Positions 20,655-30,481 of a stretch of 64,000 nucleotides of DNA are shown piece by piece. Under the pieces are notes generated by a model. The model had not been told where the DNA came from, searched no databases, and saw nothing but the letters and a program-made list of their open reading frames with translations. Where the stretch lies: positions 832,001 through 896,000 of the forward strand of contig CAXXLV010000001.1 in NCBI GenBank assembly GCA_963664305.2, given 5' to 3'. The first letter of the stretch is position 1; each line of letters begins with the position of its first letter. The DNA is from an uncultured Aliarcobacter sp. (lineage in GTDB: Bacteria; Campylobacterota; Campylobacteria; Campylobacterales; Arcobacteraceae). The position numbers and the translations under genes are program-made.

Positions 20655-21530
20655 TTATATCGAGAAATACTTAATAATATCTGAATTTAAGTTTTCTATT
20701 ATATTTGAAGTTTTATTTAAAAATTGACTTTTATTAAACGTATTTTGTCTTTTTGCAAGTTTAGCTGTATTTAATGAAATCTTTTCTTCAAGTTCAACTT
20801 TTGATAATTTACCATCTAAATACTCTAAAGTTTCAATTATTCCAATTGATGACATACAATTTGGTGCCCTTGTATATTTTTTTTCTAAATAAATAATCTC
20901 ATCAATTAATCCAGCTTTTATCATCTGATTTGTTCTTAAATTTATTCTTTTTTTTAGTTCTTCTTTATCCCATAAAATTTCAAATATTTTTAAATCTTTT
21001 GCTACAGCAATTTTAGGATTTTTTTCAAAATAAATAGAAGGAGTTAGACCAGTTTCTTTATAAATTGCATAAGCTTTTTCTATTCTATATCTATCATTTT
21101 TTTCAATTTTCTGCATATACTCTTTATCTAATGAATATAAAAGTTCATATGCTTCATTTTGAGGTAAATCAAGCTTTATTTTTGATTCAATACCTAAAGA
21201 TAAACCTTCTGTTAGAGCTTTTAGATAAAAACCTGTTCCACCAACGATAATTAAATTTTTAGCATTGTCTAAAGCATAATTTTTTGCAGTTTTGTAAAGT
21301 TCAATAAATTTTATAACATCAAAATCAACATTGGGATAAACTTCATCTATACCAAAATGAATAATATCACCTCTTTCTTCAACAGTTGGTTTTGCAGAAA
21401 CAATATCTATTTCTTTATAAACACAAAGAGAATCAAGAGATAAAATAATCGAATTTGTTTTTGATGCAATTTCTAAAGATAAAGCAGTTTTCCCTGAGGC
21501 TGTAGAGCCAATAATTGCAATTTCTTTCAT
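20655..21530 (-). CDS. miaA: tRNA dimethylallyltransferase
   Basis: GSTASGKT, SAKPT, VGGTGFY, LAKRQ. Confidence 0.95.
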   Translation of the reverse strand: MKEIAIIGSTASGKTALSLEIASKTNSIILSLDSLCVYKEIDIVSAKPTVEERGDIIHFGIDEVYPNVDFDVIKFIELYKTAKNYALDNAKNLIIVGGTGFYLKALTEGLSLGIESKIKLDLPQNEAYELLYSLDKEYMQKIEKNDRYRIEKAYAIYKETGLTPSIYFEKNPKIAVAKDLKIFEILWDKEELKKRINLRTNQMIKAGLIDEIIYLEKKYTRAPNCMSSIGIIETLEYLDGKLSKVELEEKISLNTAKLAKRQNTFNKSQFLNKTSNIIENLNSDIIKYFSI

Positions 21531-21731
21531 TTATTTTGTTTTCGATTCTTTACAATCTTCAAGTTTTTTATTAAGTTCATTTATCTCTTTTTCTTTTTGA
21601 ATTAAAGTTCTTAATAATTCTGATACATCATTTGTACTTGAATTTGAAACTTCATTTTCAGTTTTTGTAGCACAAGCTGTAAAATTGAATAAAAACAGTA
21701 AACTTAAAATTAATAACAAATATTTTTTCAT
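21531..21731 (-). CDS. small lipoprotein with coiled coil
   Basis: Lipobox FTAC after hydrophobic stretch. Confidence 0.7.
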   Translation of the reverse strand: MKKYLLLILSLLFLFNFTACATKTENEVSNSSTNDVSELLRTLIQKEKEINELNKKLEDCKESKTK

Positions 21732-21822
21732 GAAACTCTTTTTTGTATAAAATATACTAGATTATAACTAGAAAAAGTTTAATTTTTATTTTTTTAATAA
21801 TATCTTCGATAAAATCCCAAAC

Positions 21823-22683
21823 ATGAATAAACTGATAAAAAAACTTAATGATTTCAATGAACTAGTGATGTTCAAACACTCAATTTTTTCACTACCTTTT
21901 ATTTTTATTGCAATGGTAGTTGGTGCCAAAGGTTGGTTTGGTTTTAAACTTTTAATTCTTGGTGTAATGGCAGCTTTAACAGCTAGAAATTTTGCAATGG
22001 GATTTAATAGATTTATGGATAGAGATATAGATGCTTTAAATCCAAGAACTATAAACAGACCAAATGTTGATGGAAGAATCAGTCCCACTTCAATGTTTAT
22101 TTTTGTATTATTAAATGCAATTGGATTTATTGTTGTTGCCTATTTTGTAAATGATTTAGCTTTATATTTATCTATACCTATTTTGATTATCATTGGCTCA
22201 TACTCTTATTTTAAAAGATTTTCATTTTTAGCTCATATTATTTTAGGAATATCTTTAGGTTTAGCTCCTATTGCAGGAGTTGTTGCTGTTACTGAAACAA
22301 TTCCTTTTTGGGCAATAATTTTAAGTCTTGGTGTAATGTTTTGGGTTGCTGGATTTGATTTACTTTATTCTTTACAAGATATAGAAGTTGATAAAAAACT
22401 TGGACTTCACTCTATCCCATCAAAATTTGGTGTTGAAAAAACTATGTTCATTTCAAAAGTTTTTCATGCTTTAACTGTATTTTTTTGGCTTTTATTTGTT
22501 GTGTTATCTGATAGTTCTTATTTTGCTTACGTGGCAGTTGTTTTAAGTGCATTGATGCTTGGTTATGAACACTATTTAGTAAATAAAGATTTCAAAAAAA
22601 TTGATAAAGCATTCTTCACTGTAAATGGATATTTAGGGATTATATTTTTTATTTTAATTGTACTTGATAATATCTTTTTTTAA
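21823..22683 (+). CDS. mqnP: UbiA-family prenyltransferase (MqnP-like, futalosine pathway)
   Basis: KHSIFSLPF, NRFMDRDIDALNPRT, YSYFKRF, YSLQDIEVD. Confidence 0.8.
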   Translation: MNKLIKKLNDFNELVMFKHSIFSLPFIFIAMVVGAKGWFGFKLLILGVMAALTARNFAMGFNRFMDRDIDALNPRTINRPNVDGRISPTSMFIFVLLNAIGFIVVAYFVNDLALYLSIPILIIIGSYSYFKRFSFLAHIILGISLGLAPIAGVVAVTETIPFWAIILSLGVMFWVAGFDLLYSLQDIEVDKKLGLHSIPSKFGVEKTMFISKVFHALTVFFWLLFVVLSDSSYFAYVAVVLSALMLGYEHYLVNKDFKKIDKAFFTVNGYLGIIFFILIVLDNIFF

Positions 22684-22739
22684 ATCATTACAAAAAATTT
22701 AAGTATAGCTATGCTAATATTCCAGCCTATTTTTTAGGT

Positions 22740-22816
22740 GCGTCTGTAGTTCAACTGGATAGAATGGCCGGTTTCGACCCGGTAGGTTGTGGGTTCGAAT
22801 CCTACCAGGCGTGCCA
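22740..22816 (+). tRNA. tRNA-Arg (anticodon TCG)
   Basis: Acceptor stem GCGTCTG/CAGGCGT, anticodon arm GCCGG-TTTCGAC-CCGGT, GTTCGAATCC T-arm, encoded CCA. Confidence 0.96.
22798..22816 (+). repeat. att core (tRNA 3' end copy)
   Basis: AATCCTACCAGGCGTGCCA. Confidence 0.92.
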
Positions 22817-22848
22817 CTATTCCTTAAAAACCCTTAAAATAAGGGCTT

Positions 22849-24012
22849 TCAAATACTCTCATTTTTTTTAGGTGTCAATTCGGTGTCTAATGGTGTCAGA
22901 ATTTTTTTAAAACAATTTCCGAAATTCATATTCTGAATTGGTATATATTGTGAATATTTTTCAAGAGTTATTTTTACATTTTCGTGTCCAGCAATTTTAC
23001 TCACATAGTTTATATCTTCCCCATTACTAATTAGAGTTGATATAAATGTTCCTCTTGTTTGATGTAGATTTCTATATTCTACATTTGCTTTTTCTATTAT
23101 TGGTATCCAAATTTGTTCTCTTATTTTTCCAGCTGAATGAAAATGTTTATTTGTTCTTGTTGTTAAAAATACAAATGAATTATGATTCCCCGTTATTATT
23201 TTTTGATTTTCTAAAAAAGGAATTAAAGGTTCTATTATTGGAATAATTCTCTTGCTTTTAGTCGTTTTCAAAATATCTTTTATTTGCCCGTTTACAATTT
23301 GTCTCTTTACTGTGATAGTTCTATTTTCAAAATCTATACAATCCCAAGTTAGACCTATACATTCTCCTATCCTTAATCCAGTCATAAAAAGAACGGCTAT
23401 TAAGTTTTTATCTTGATTGGTAGCCACTGATAAAATTTGAATTATTTCTTCCGTTTTAAAAGGTGTTAGTTCTATTCTTTTAACTTTTGATTGTTCAGTT
23501 TGTTTTATTGTTTTTACCTTTTTAATAGGATTTATTTTAATAATTTCATTTTCAATAGCATCTTCAAACATTGTATATAACAATCCCCTAATTTTTAAAA
23601 TATAGCTTTTAGATAATTTATACTCTTTTTGAAGATTGTTTTGCCATAAAGTAATTTCAGAAGGTTTTACTTTATCTAATGTTTTATGCCCAAATGTTTC
23701 CTTTATATATTTATCATAATTCTTTTGGTGTCCATATATAGTGCTTTGACATCTACCACCTTTGTGTAATTCAAAAGAAAAATTCATATATTCTTCAACA
23801 GTTGGAATTTTTTTGTTTTGGTTTAATTCTCCATTCATTAGTTTGTATTGTAATATAGGAAGAATTTCATTTTCTGCTTTTTTATAATTAGCTTTTGTAT
23901 TTTCCATTTCAAGAGGTTTTCTGAATCTTTTTCCATTAATTGTATAGTTTACCCATAACCATTCTTTTGTTTGCCCTTTTTTATTTTTTACTTGTTTTAT
24001 ATAGATATTCAT
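22849..24012 (-). CDS. tyrosine recombinase / site-specific integrase
   Basis: N-terminal arm-binding-like region; TGLRIGE, K, HQTR, AGH, EKY catalytic residues. Confidence 0.95.
   Translation of the reverse strand: MNIYIKQVKNKKGQTKEWLWVNYTINGKRFRKPLEMENTKANYKKAENEILPILQYKLMNGELNQNKKIPTVEEYMNFSFELHKGGRCQSTIYGHQKNYDKYIKETFGHKTLDKVKPSEITLWQNNLQKEYKLSKSYILKIRGLLYTMFEDAIENEIIKINPIKKVKTIKQTEQSKVKRIELTPFKTEEIIQILSVATNQDKNLIAVLFMTGLRIGECIGLTWDCIDFENRTITVKRQIVNGQIKDILKTTKSKRIIPIIEPLIPFLENQKIITGNHNSFVFLTTRTNKHFHSAGKIREQIWIPIIEKANVEYRNLHQTRGTFISTLISNGEDINYVSKIAGHENVKITLEKYSQYIPIQNMNFGNCFKKILTPLDTELTPKKNESI
22871..22897. repeat. candidate integrase arm-type sites (3x GGTGTC)
   Basis: GGTGTC at 22871, 22882, 22892; matching GGTGTC/GGTGCC pair at 30499 and 30510 near the other att. 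Confidence 0.65.
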
Positions 24013-24021
24013 TTTTTCTCC

Positions 24022-24342
24022 TTATGCTACATTTTCTAATATTCTATTTGCTAATAATTCATAATTTTTATTAGTTGTTTTATCTGAACACATTATCCAT
24101 TTATCAATTTCTGTTTTATCAAATATATTTTTCCTATGTTTTTTGTAATAGTGTAAGTCAATTACAAATTCTTCATCCTTAATCATATTTTTTATGCTCT
24201 CTTTGCTATATCCAATATATTCACTTAGTTCCTCTGTTGTTAACCATCGTTTTTCAATTTTATTCATTTCTCTATCTCTTAACAAAACTAATATGTTATA
24301 AATTTCTTGTATTTTTTCTAAATTTTCTAATGCTATATTCAT
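24022..24342 (-). CDS. excisionase-like HTH protein
   Basis: RWLTTEELSEYIGYSKESIKNMI...FDKTEIDKWI; directly upstream of integrase. Confidence 0.8.
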   Translation of the reverse strand: MNIALENLEKIQEIYNILVLLRDREMNKIEKRWLTTEELSEYIGYSKESIKNMIKDEEFVIDLHYYKKHRKNIFDKTEIDKWIMCSDKTTNKNYELLANRILENVA

Positions 24343-24367
24343 TATATTTCCTTTTTATATTGATTTA

Positions 24368-24530
24368 GTGTACAAAAATCTACACATTGCAAATAAAAAA
24401 TATATGTCAATAAAAGTGTAGAAAAATGTACATTGAAATTCTATAACGAATTTACTTAAGTGTACATTAAAGTACACAAAAAATAAATCTTTAAACATTA
24501 TTAATATAAAATGTGTACAAAAAAATACAC
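24368..24530. promoter_or_regulatory. four palindromic operators GTGTA-N8-TACA(C/T) in the divergent promoter region
   Basis: Copies at 24368-24385, 24416-24433, 24460-24477, 24513-24530. Confidence 0.8.
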
Positions 24531-24542
24531 AAAGTTTATAGA

Positions 24543-24947
24543 ATGATTAAAAAGAAAAAAGAAAGAAAAAAAGTTTTATTGAATGATTTTGATAGTGACT
24601 TATTAAATAAAAAAGAAATTAATGAACTATTTGGAATTTTAAAAGAATTAAAAGAAAAATTAAAATTTTACATAGAAAAAAATGAATTAGATAATAAAAT
24701 AAAAAATATTGATAATTTATATTCAATTACAATACAAGAAACTGAAAGAAATATTAGACTACTAGCAACCATTTTAGAATTAAAAGATAATGAAGAAGTT
24801 GAAAAAAAGATTTCATTGGTTACATTAGCATTAAGCGATAAAAAAACTGATAAATATTCAGAAATTATAAATCTAAAAAGAGCATTTTATTCTTATAGAC
24901 ATTTATTAATCACATTAGAATTTTTAAATCCAAATTTAAATGAATAA
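24543..24947 (+). CDS. hypothetical helical protein (possible element regulator)
   Basis: ORF track starts at GTG 24513, which lies inside operator 4; in-frame ATG at 24543 is the more likely start. Confidence 0.55.
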   Translation: MIKKKKERKKVLLNDFDSDLLNKKEINELFGILKELKEKLKFYIEKNELDNKIKNIDNLYSITIQETERNIRLLATILELKDNEEVEKKISLVTLALSDKKTDKYSEIINLKRAFYSYRHLLITLEFLNPNLNE

Positions 24948-24981
24948 TTAAACCTGACACTTTTAATTAAATAGGTCAAGA

Positions 24982-25019
24982 GTAAGCTTACAACTCACTT
25001 GCGTGAGTTTTCAGCTTAC
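24982..25019. other. hairpin: candidate rolling-circle origin or bidirectional terminator
   Basis: GTAAGCT-TAC-AACTCAC-TTGC-GTGAGTT-TTC-AGCTTAC. Confidence 0.55.
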
Positions 25020-25022
25020 GAA

Positions 25023-26312
25023 CTATATATTTTTTGAGTAAATTTTAAGAATTGTATTTAAAAAATTGTCTGAAATAAAAGGTATTTGAAAAAGATTTTT
25101 ATCACTTGTAAAACCATTTTTAATAATTGCTCTACCTTTTGTAAAATCTTGAATTTCTTTCGTAGAGATTCTTTCTCGAATATTATCTTTTAAATCTATA
25201 ATATTTATATTATTATCGTTTGCAGTTTTTAATAATACTCTTGATTGAATATTATTTGTAATTGCAGTTGGTAGAATGGTACTATCAATTTTTTGACCAA
25301 ATAAAAATAATAAGATTCCTGAGGCTCTTCCTTGCATAGCTATCAAAGAAAGCTTATTAAATATAGATTCACGAATTTTTTTATCAGGATAAACACTAAC
25401 AGCACCTATCTCGTCAAATATTAGTAATGTATATGTATCTATTTTTCTAATATTATTTTCTAACATATATTTTTGAGTAGATTCCAATTCTTTTAAAACA
25501 CTATCTAGTAATATATCTAGTTTTTCAATACTTGAAACAAACTCTACATTATCAATTTTTTCATATTGTTTTAATTCAACTCCACCTTTGAGGTCAATCA
25601 TATACATTTTATTAAATCTATTAGAATTATGTAAAAAGTTTATGTTAAAAAGTTGCATTAAATTTGATTTTCCACTCCCTGATTCACCTACAATTAGGTG
25701 GTGGTCTAAAGAATTTATATCTCGATAATAAAAGCCTTTTTCATATATTCCTAGGAATAAGTAATCTTTTTTAAATAAAGAAAAATCAATAGAATAAAAA
25801 TTGGGTAACTTATAAAATGATAGAACTACACTTTTATTTTTTTTTGCTTTTATACTTACTTCATAATCATTTGAAATAATCCCCAAATAATGCAGGATTT
25901 TTTCTTTATTTTTTCTATAAGTTTCTAAATCAATTGAAACTAAATTTGCATATTCAAGCTCAAACCTTTTTAAATCCTTTGTAAAAATTTCTTCCAGAAC
26001 ATTTTTTGATTTAATATTTTTTTTAGATATAAAGAAATCCAAAAATAGTGTTCTTTTATTTCGTATCTCAATTAAAGTGTTATGTGAAAACAAGCTATGA
26101 AAGTTAAGAGAATAAGGCATTAAAATATATTTCCAGTTCCACATATAATATATAGAAACCAATAAAGAAGATATAGTAATCATGATGTATAAAGAATCTA
26201 ATTCCTCTTTAAAATCTTTTGTTGATAAACTTATTGCTGTAACATACATTATAAAACAAAAGAAGCCCATTATTAATAGGCTTCGGAAATAACTTATGAT
26301 TCCGTATATCAT
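25023..26312 (-). CDS. membrane-anchored FtsK/SpoIIIE-family ATPase (TcpA/TraB-like)
   Basis: Two N-terminal TM helices; HHLIVGESGSGKS, IDLKGGVE, LIFDE, GRASGILLFLFGQK. Confidence 0.88.
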   Translation of the reverse strand: MIYGIISYFRSLLIMGFFCFIMYVTAISLSTKDFKEELDSLYIMITISSLLVSIYYMWNWKYILMPYSLNFHSLFSHNTLIEIRNKRTLFLDFFISKKNIKSKNVLEEIFTKDLKRFELEYANLVSIDLETYRKNKEKILHYLGIISNDYEVSIKAKKNKSVVLSFYKLPNFYSIDFSLFKKDYLFLGIYEKGFYYRDINSLDHHLIVGESGSGKSNLMQLFNINFLHNSNRFNKMYMIDLKGGVELKQYEKIDNVEFVSSIEKLDILLDSVLKELESTQKYMLENNIRKIDTYTLLIFDEIGAVSVYPDKKIRESIFNKLSLIAMQGRASGILLFLFGQKIDSTILPTAITNNIQSRVLLKTANDNNINIIDLKDNIRERISTKEIQDFTKGRAIIKNGFTSDKNLFQIPFISDNFLNTILKIYSKNI

Positions 26313-26572
26313 TTTAACATAGGCTCACTTTGTGTAAAAAAAAGTTTGTTTTCAAAACTTGAAACTTTAACTGGGATTTTTACTGTTAAACCTTCTTTAA
26401 TAGATAAAGTATCATTTTTATCAGTTAATTTTATTTGTTGAATTTCAACACCACCGTTATCATTTTTATTAAGGAATTGTACATATATAACTTCTTCTTC
26501 CTTATACATTTTCTTTGCCATTGCAAAAACTTGACCTGTTATAATTATTTTTGAATTCATTTTTTTCTCCAA
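26309..26572 (-). CDS. small beta-rich protein, putative ssDNA-binding (OB-fold-like)
   Basis: 87 aa with alternating beta-strand pattern, directly downstream of HUH Rep; fold is inferred. Confidence 0.5.
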   Translation of the reverse strand: MEKKMNSKIIITGQVFAMAKKMYKEEEVIYVQFLNKNDNGGVEIQQIKLTDKNDTLSIKEGLTVKIPVKVSSFENKLFFTQSEPMLK

Positions 26573-26575
26573 TAT

Positions 26576-27754
26576 TTAAATTTTTATTTTTATATATTTT
26601 TCTTTTTTATAAACTAATTCTTTATTTATAAAAATTTCTAACTTGTCAATATAATTGTGACAAGCACCTTTAACTGAAAATTGTGTGATATATTTAAAAA
26701 GAATTATGGAAGAATTTTTATTCACTAAAAATTGATTTATGTTAGTTTGCCCTTTTTGTTTAACAAACTTTATAATAGATATATTTTTTAAAATATAATA
26801 AAAAATACTTTTACCAGTTGATGAAGCTTTTTTTAATAGCTTATCTTTTTCATTCCTATCTATACTGTGATAAATAGTCCTATAATCACCTAAAGATAAA
26901 TCTAAGTTCGATGAAGTGATTATTTTAATTTTATTAACTCTTTTCCAGCCGTCAAGTAGTCGAGCTAAATAATAGTCTGAACCCGTTTTTAGAGACTTAG
27001 TTATATATTTCATTAAATATAATGCAGGTCTACTAATACCAGATTTAAATCTGATTTTTTCTAATTCTTTCTTATCAAAATGAACTAAGTTAAAATCGTT
27101 TTGATTCAACTCAAATTCATCTATAATTTTATCAAATTTTTCTCTTACTTTTTCACTTATGCTACTTTTTTTGTTTGTTATTTTTGAATTCTTTTTTTTA
27201 CTTTTTTTAACAATAGTTTCATCTTTTACATAAAGTAAAATGTGAACATGTGGAATTAAAGTTTTATGTATTTCAAATACTTTAATATAATAAAGTTTTT
27301 TTGAAATATTTTTTATTCTTTTATAAAAAACTCTAAATACATTATTTAAAAATTTGTAACCTTGCAATATTGATTCTTCTATACTTTTAAAATCAAAATT
27401 TTTATTTATGCTAGTGTATAATCTTCTATTTTTATAATTTATAGAAGAAAAAGGATGAAAATTTGAAGGTAAAGTAAAAGTAATAAATATAGGCATTAAA
27501 CCTTCTTCTTTTGCCAAATCTTCAATGCAAAAAATTTTTTGTTCTATTGATTTTATATATTTTTTATAATTATTATCAAAGGAATAATTAATATTTAGGC
27601 ATTCACCAGTTTTTTCGTTACTAAACAAATATTTTTTTAAATAATTTTGTTGATTTAACTCCTTCCGTAAAGATGTTTTATAGTAAGAATCTTTTAAAAA
27701 TTCATATTGACTGAATAAAGGTTCTTCTTGCAATTCTTTAGTTGCATATATCAT
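26576..27754 (-). CDS. HUH rolling-circle replication initiator (two-tyrosine type)
   Basis: Motif I FITFTLP, motif II PHVHILLY, motif III YLMKYITK, in Rep-class order. Confidence 0.88.
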   Translation of the reverse strand: MIYATKELQEEPLFSQYEFLKDSYYKTSLRKELNQQNYLKKYLFSNEKTGECLNINYSFDNNYKKYIKSIEQKIFCIEDLAKEEGLMPIFITFTLPSNFHPFSSINYKNRRLYTSINKNFDFKSIEESILQGYKFLNNVFRVFYKRIKNISKKLYYIKVFEIHKTLIPHVHILLYVKDETIVKKSKKKNSKITNKKSSISEKVREKFDKIIDEFELNQNDFNLVHFDKKELEKIRFKSGISRPALYLMKYITKSLKTGSDYYLARLLDGWKRVNKIKIITSSNLDLSLGDYRTIYHSIDRNEKDKLLKKASSTGKSIFYYILKNISIIKFVKQKGQTNINQFLVNKNSSIILFKYITQFSVKGACHNYIDKLEIFINKELVYKKEKYIKIKI

Positions 27755-28015
27755 TTAATTTTCTCTCTGAAACTCTTTCATGAAAATCATGAAGAGCCTA
27801 GAAGGAAAGAAGAGTTTTATTTTAAATTTTTAGTTTATTTTGCACCTTTATTTTAGATGTTATATATAGTTGTAAAAAAAAATATAAGTTTTTCTCTATT
27901 TATTTTATAAATAGGAATAAAAAAATTATGAAATAATAATTTTCATTGGAACTTTTAATATAATAATTGTTAGTATTGTAAAATATTAACGATATTAACC
28001 TAAGGAAATAAAAGC

Positions 28016-30481
28016 ATGATAAAAGCATTTTTATCTCATTCTTCATCGGATAAAGACAAATTTGTTAGAATAGTTGCCGATAAGCTAAAAAACAAACATG
28101 GAATTCACTATGATGAATATACTTTTGAAATAGGAAATAAAACAATTGATGAAATTTTAGAAGGTTTAGATAAAACTGATTTATTTGTTTTTTTTATTTC
28201 AGAAAATTCATTAGAATCAGAGTGGGTAAAAAAAGAAGTTTTAGTTGCAACAAATAATTTAGGAAATAGGACAAAACAGTTTTATCCAATTATTATTGAT
28301 AAAAACATTACATATAAAGATGAAAGAATTCCTGAGTGGTTAGTAAGTGAATATAATATTAAATTTGTAAGTAAGCCAACAGTTGTAGCTAAACGAATTG
28401 AACAAAAATTAAGAGAAATATCTCTTAAAAAACATCCAAAATTAATGAAAAAAAATAATTTATGTATAGGTAGAAATAAAATTCTTGAAAATTTTGAGGA
28501 AAGATTAGATAATTTTGAGAAAGCTCAACCTAAATGTATAATTGCAACGGGACTAGAATCAATTGGAAGAAGAACATTTTTAAAATATGCTCTTGTTAAA
28601 ACGGATATTATCAATCAATACTACACCCCAAATTCTATTTATCTTGATACAAATGATAGTATAGAAGATTTTATTTTAAAAATAAATGATTTTGGATTTT
28701 TAGATATTGATTCAGATTTATCAGATTTATTATCTAAAAATCAAGACTATAAAATAAATTTAGCAATTAATATTTTAAAAGAAATACAATCAAACAATGA
28801 AATTATTTTGATATTAGATAATGGTTGTATTGTAAATTATGAAAGAAAATTTTCTAATTGGTTTAGAAAAATAATTGAGTCTAGTGAATTAGATAATAAA
28901 GTTCTTATTTGTACTGCTTCAAAATATAAAGTTCATTATACTGAAATTAATAATGATGCCTTTTATTCGGAGCATGTTGATGATTTAACTCCATCTGAAA
29001 GAAAAAGATTATTTAAAAGATTATTAGAAATATATGATATTGAAATGGTAGTAGATGATTTTAACTATATAAGTGATACTTTCAAAGGTCTTCCTGAACA
29101 AATTTTATATTGTGTAGATTATATTGATAGAACTAATATAGAAACTGTGAAAAAAAATATTCATGAAATTAGAGAGTTTAATGATGAAAAAGCTTCAGCG
29201 CTTATTAAACATTATCAAGAAGATGAGTACATATTGTCTTTAATAAGATTAATTGCTCAATTTGAGATAATAAGCATAGAGTTTTTAAATGAGATAATAT
29301 CTGATGAAACAATTAATGAAATATTAGAAATATTAGTTACAGAAAATATTTGTGAATATTTTGGTTATGATGGACAATTTATCAGAGTAAATGATTCCAT
29401 TAGAGATTATATAATTAGGAATAGATTAAAAATAAAAGAAGAATATTTAACTAAAATAAAAACACATGTTTCAGCATTTATTCGTTCTGATGAGAAAATT
29501 GAAAAGGATTCTAGTGATTATTTGTTTTCTTTAAAACAAGCATTATTAGAAGGTGAAGAAATTGATGAAAATTTATTATTACCATCCCATTTTTTAAGAA
29601 CAATGAAAGATTTATATCATAATGGAAGTTTACAGAAAGTAATCGATTTAGCATATAAAGTTTTAGAGAAAGAAGAGTACATTGATTATTATTTAGCAAA
29701 TGATATAAAATACTATTTGTGTTTAGCTTTGGCAAAAAAAAGAGATAAAAGAGTTTTAGATGAAGTTCAAAGAATTAATGGTGATCAACATAATTTTGTT
29801 TTAGGATATTATTACAGATTAATAGGAGAATATACAAAAGCAATAGATAGATTGAAATCTATAGTTGATTCACAATATATAAAAGCAAGAGCAAAGCGAG
29901 AAATTGTACATTGTTATATTCAAACAGAAGGATATTCAAAAGCCCTTAGTTTTGCTAAAGATAATTATATAGAGAATAGAAATTATATATATCATGTTCA
30001 ATTATATTTTTATTGTCTAATTTATAGTGATAAAAGTTTTGAAAATAAAGAAGAACTTAGAAGAATTACTATTGAGTTAAAGAGATTGAGTGTGGAATCT
30101 AATATGGATATGGGAGACAGAGCAGAGGCTCTTTATCTAGCAAAGTGTGAGAATAAAGAAGAAGAATCATTAAGATTAATAAATGATGCAATTGCAAAAT
30201 ATCCAGATAGTTATTACCCGTTATTAACTAAATTTGATATTGCACTTAAATTTTATAATATAAATGAAATGGAAGATTGTATTTTAAAACTTGAAAAATT
30301 TAATGGTAAAACTTTATCTAAAAAAACATATACTAAACAAAAAGCATATTTTATTGCATTAAAAGAGAAAAATGCAACGAAAGCTAAACAGTTAATTATT
30401 GATGATTTAAATAAATATCCTCAGGAAGCAAAAGATTTGATTTTAGAAAAAATTGATTATTTAGCAAATAAATTAAAATAA
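28016..30481 (+). CDS. TIR domain - STAND-like NTPase - TPR-like protein, candidate anti-phage defence
   Basis: AFLSHSSSDK...FISENSLESEWVKKE TIR; IGR...GLESIGRRT P-loop-like; ILILDN Walker B-like; helical repeats at the C-terminus. Confidence 0.8.
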   Translation: MIKAFLSHSSSDKDKFVRIVADKLKNKHGIHYDEYTFEIGNKTIDEILEGLDKTDLFVFFISENSLESEWVKKEVLVATNNLGNRTKQFYPIIIDKNITYKDERIPEWLVSEYNIKFVSKPTVVAKRIEQKLREISLKKHPKLMKKNNLCIGRNKILENFEERLDNFEKAQPKCIIATGLESIGRRTFLKYALVKTDIINQYYTPNSIYLDTNDSIEDFILKINDFGFLDIDSDLSDLLSKNQDYKINLAINILKEIQSNNEIILILDNGCIVNYERKFSNWFRKIIESSELDNKVLICTASKYKVHYTEINNDAFYSEHVDDLTPSERKRLFKRLLEIYDIEMVVDDFNYISDTFKGLPEQILYCVDYIDRTNIETVKKNIHEIREFNDEKASALIKHYQEDEYILSLIRLIAQFEIISIEFLNEIISDETINEILEILVTENICEYFGYDGQFIRVNDSIRDYIIRNRLKIKEEYLTKIKTHVSAFIRSDEKIEKDSSDYLFSLKQALLEGEEIDENLLLPSHFLRTMKDLYHNGSLQKVIDLAYKVLEKEEYIDYYLANDIKYYLCLALAKKRDKRVLDEVQRINGDQHNFVLGYYYRLIGEYTKAIDRLKSIVDSQYIKARAKREIVHCYIQTEGYSKALSFAKDNYIENRNYIYHVQLYFYCLIYSDKSFENKEELRRITIELKRLSVESNMDMGDRAEALYLAKCENKEEESLRLINDAIAKYPDSYYPLLTKFDIALKFYNINEMEDCILKLEKFNGKTLSKKTYTKQKAYFIALKEKNATKAKQLIIDDLNKYPQEAKDLILEKIDYLANKLK

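Noticed and set aside
22740..22816. tRNA-Arg with TCG rather than ACG anticodon as an anomaly
   Set aside because: Arg-TCG tRNAs are normal in Campylobacterota
24368..24530. Mini CRISPR array (repeats about 44-53 bp apart)
   Set aside because: Only 5-bp half-sites are conserved, spacing is irregular and there are no cas genes; fits operators better
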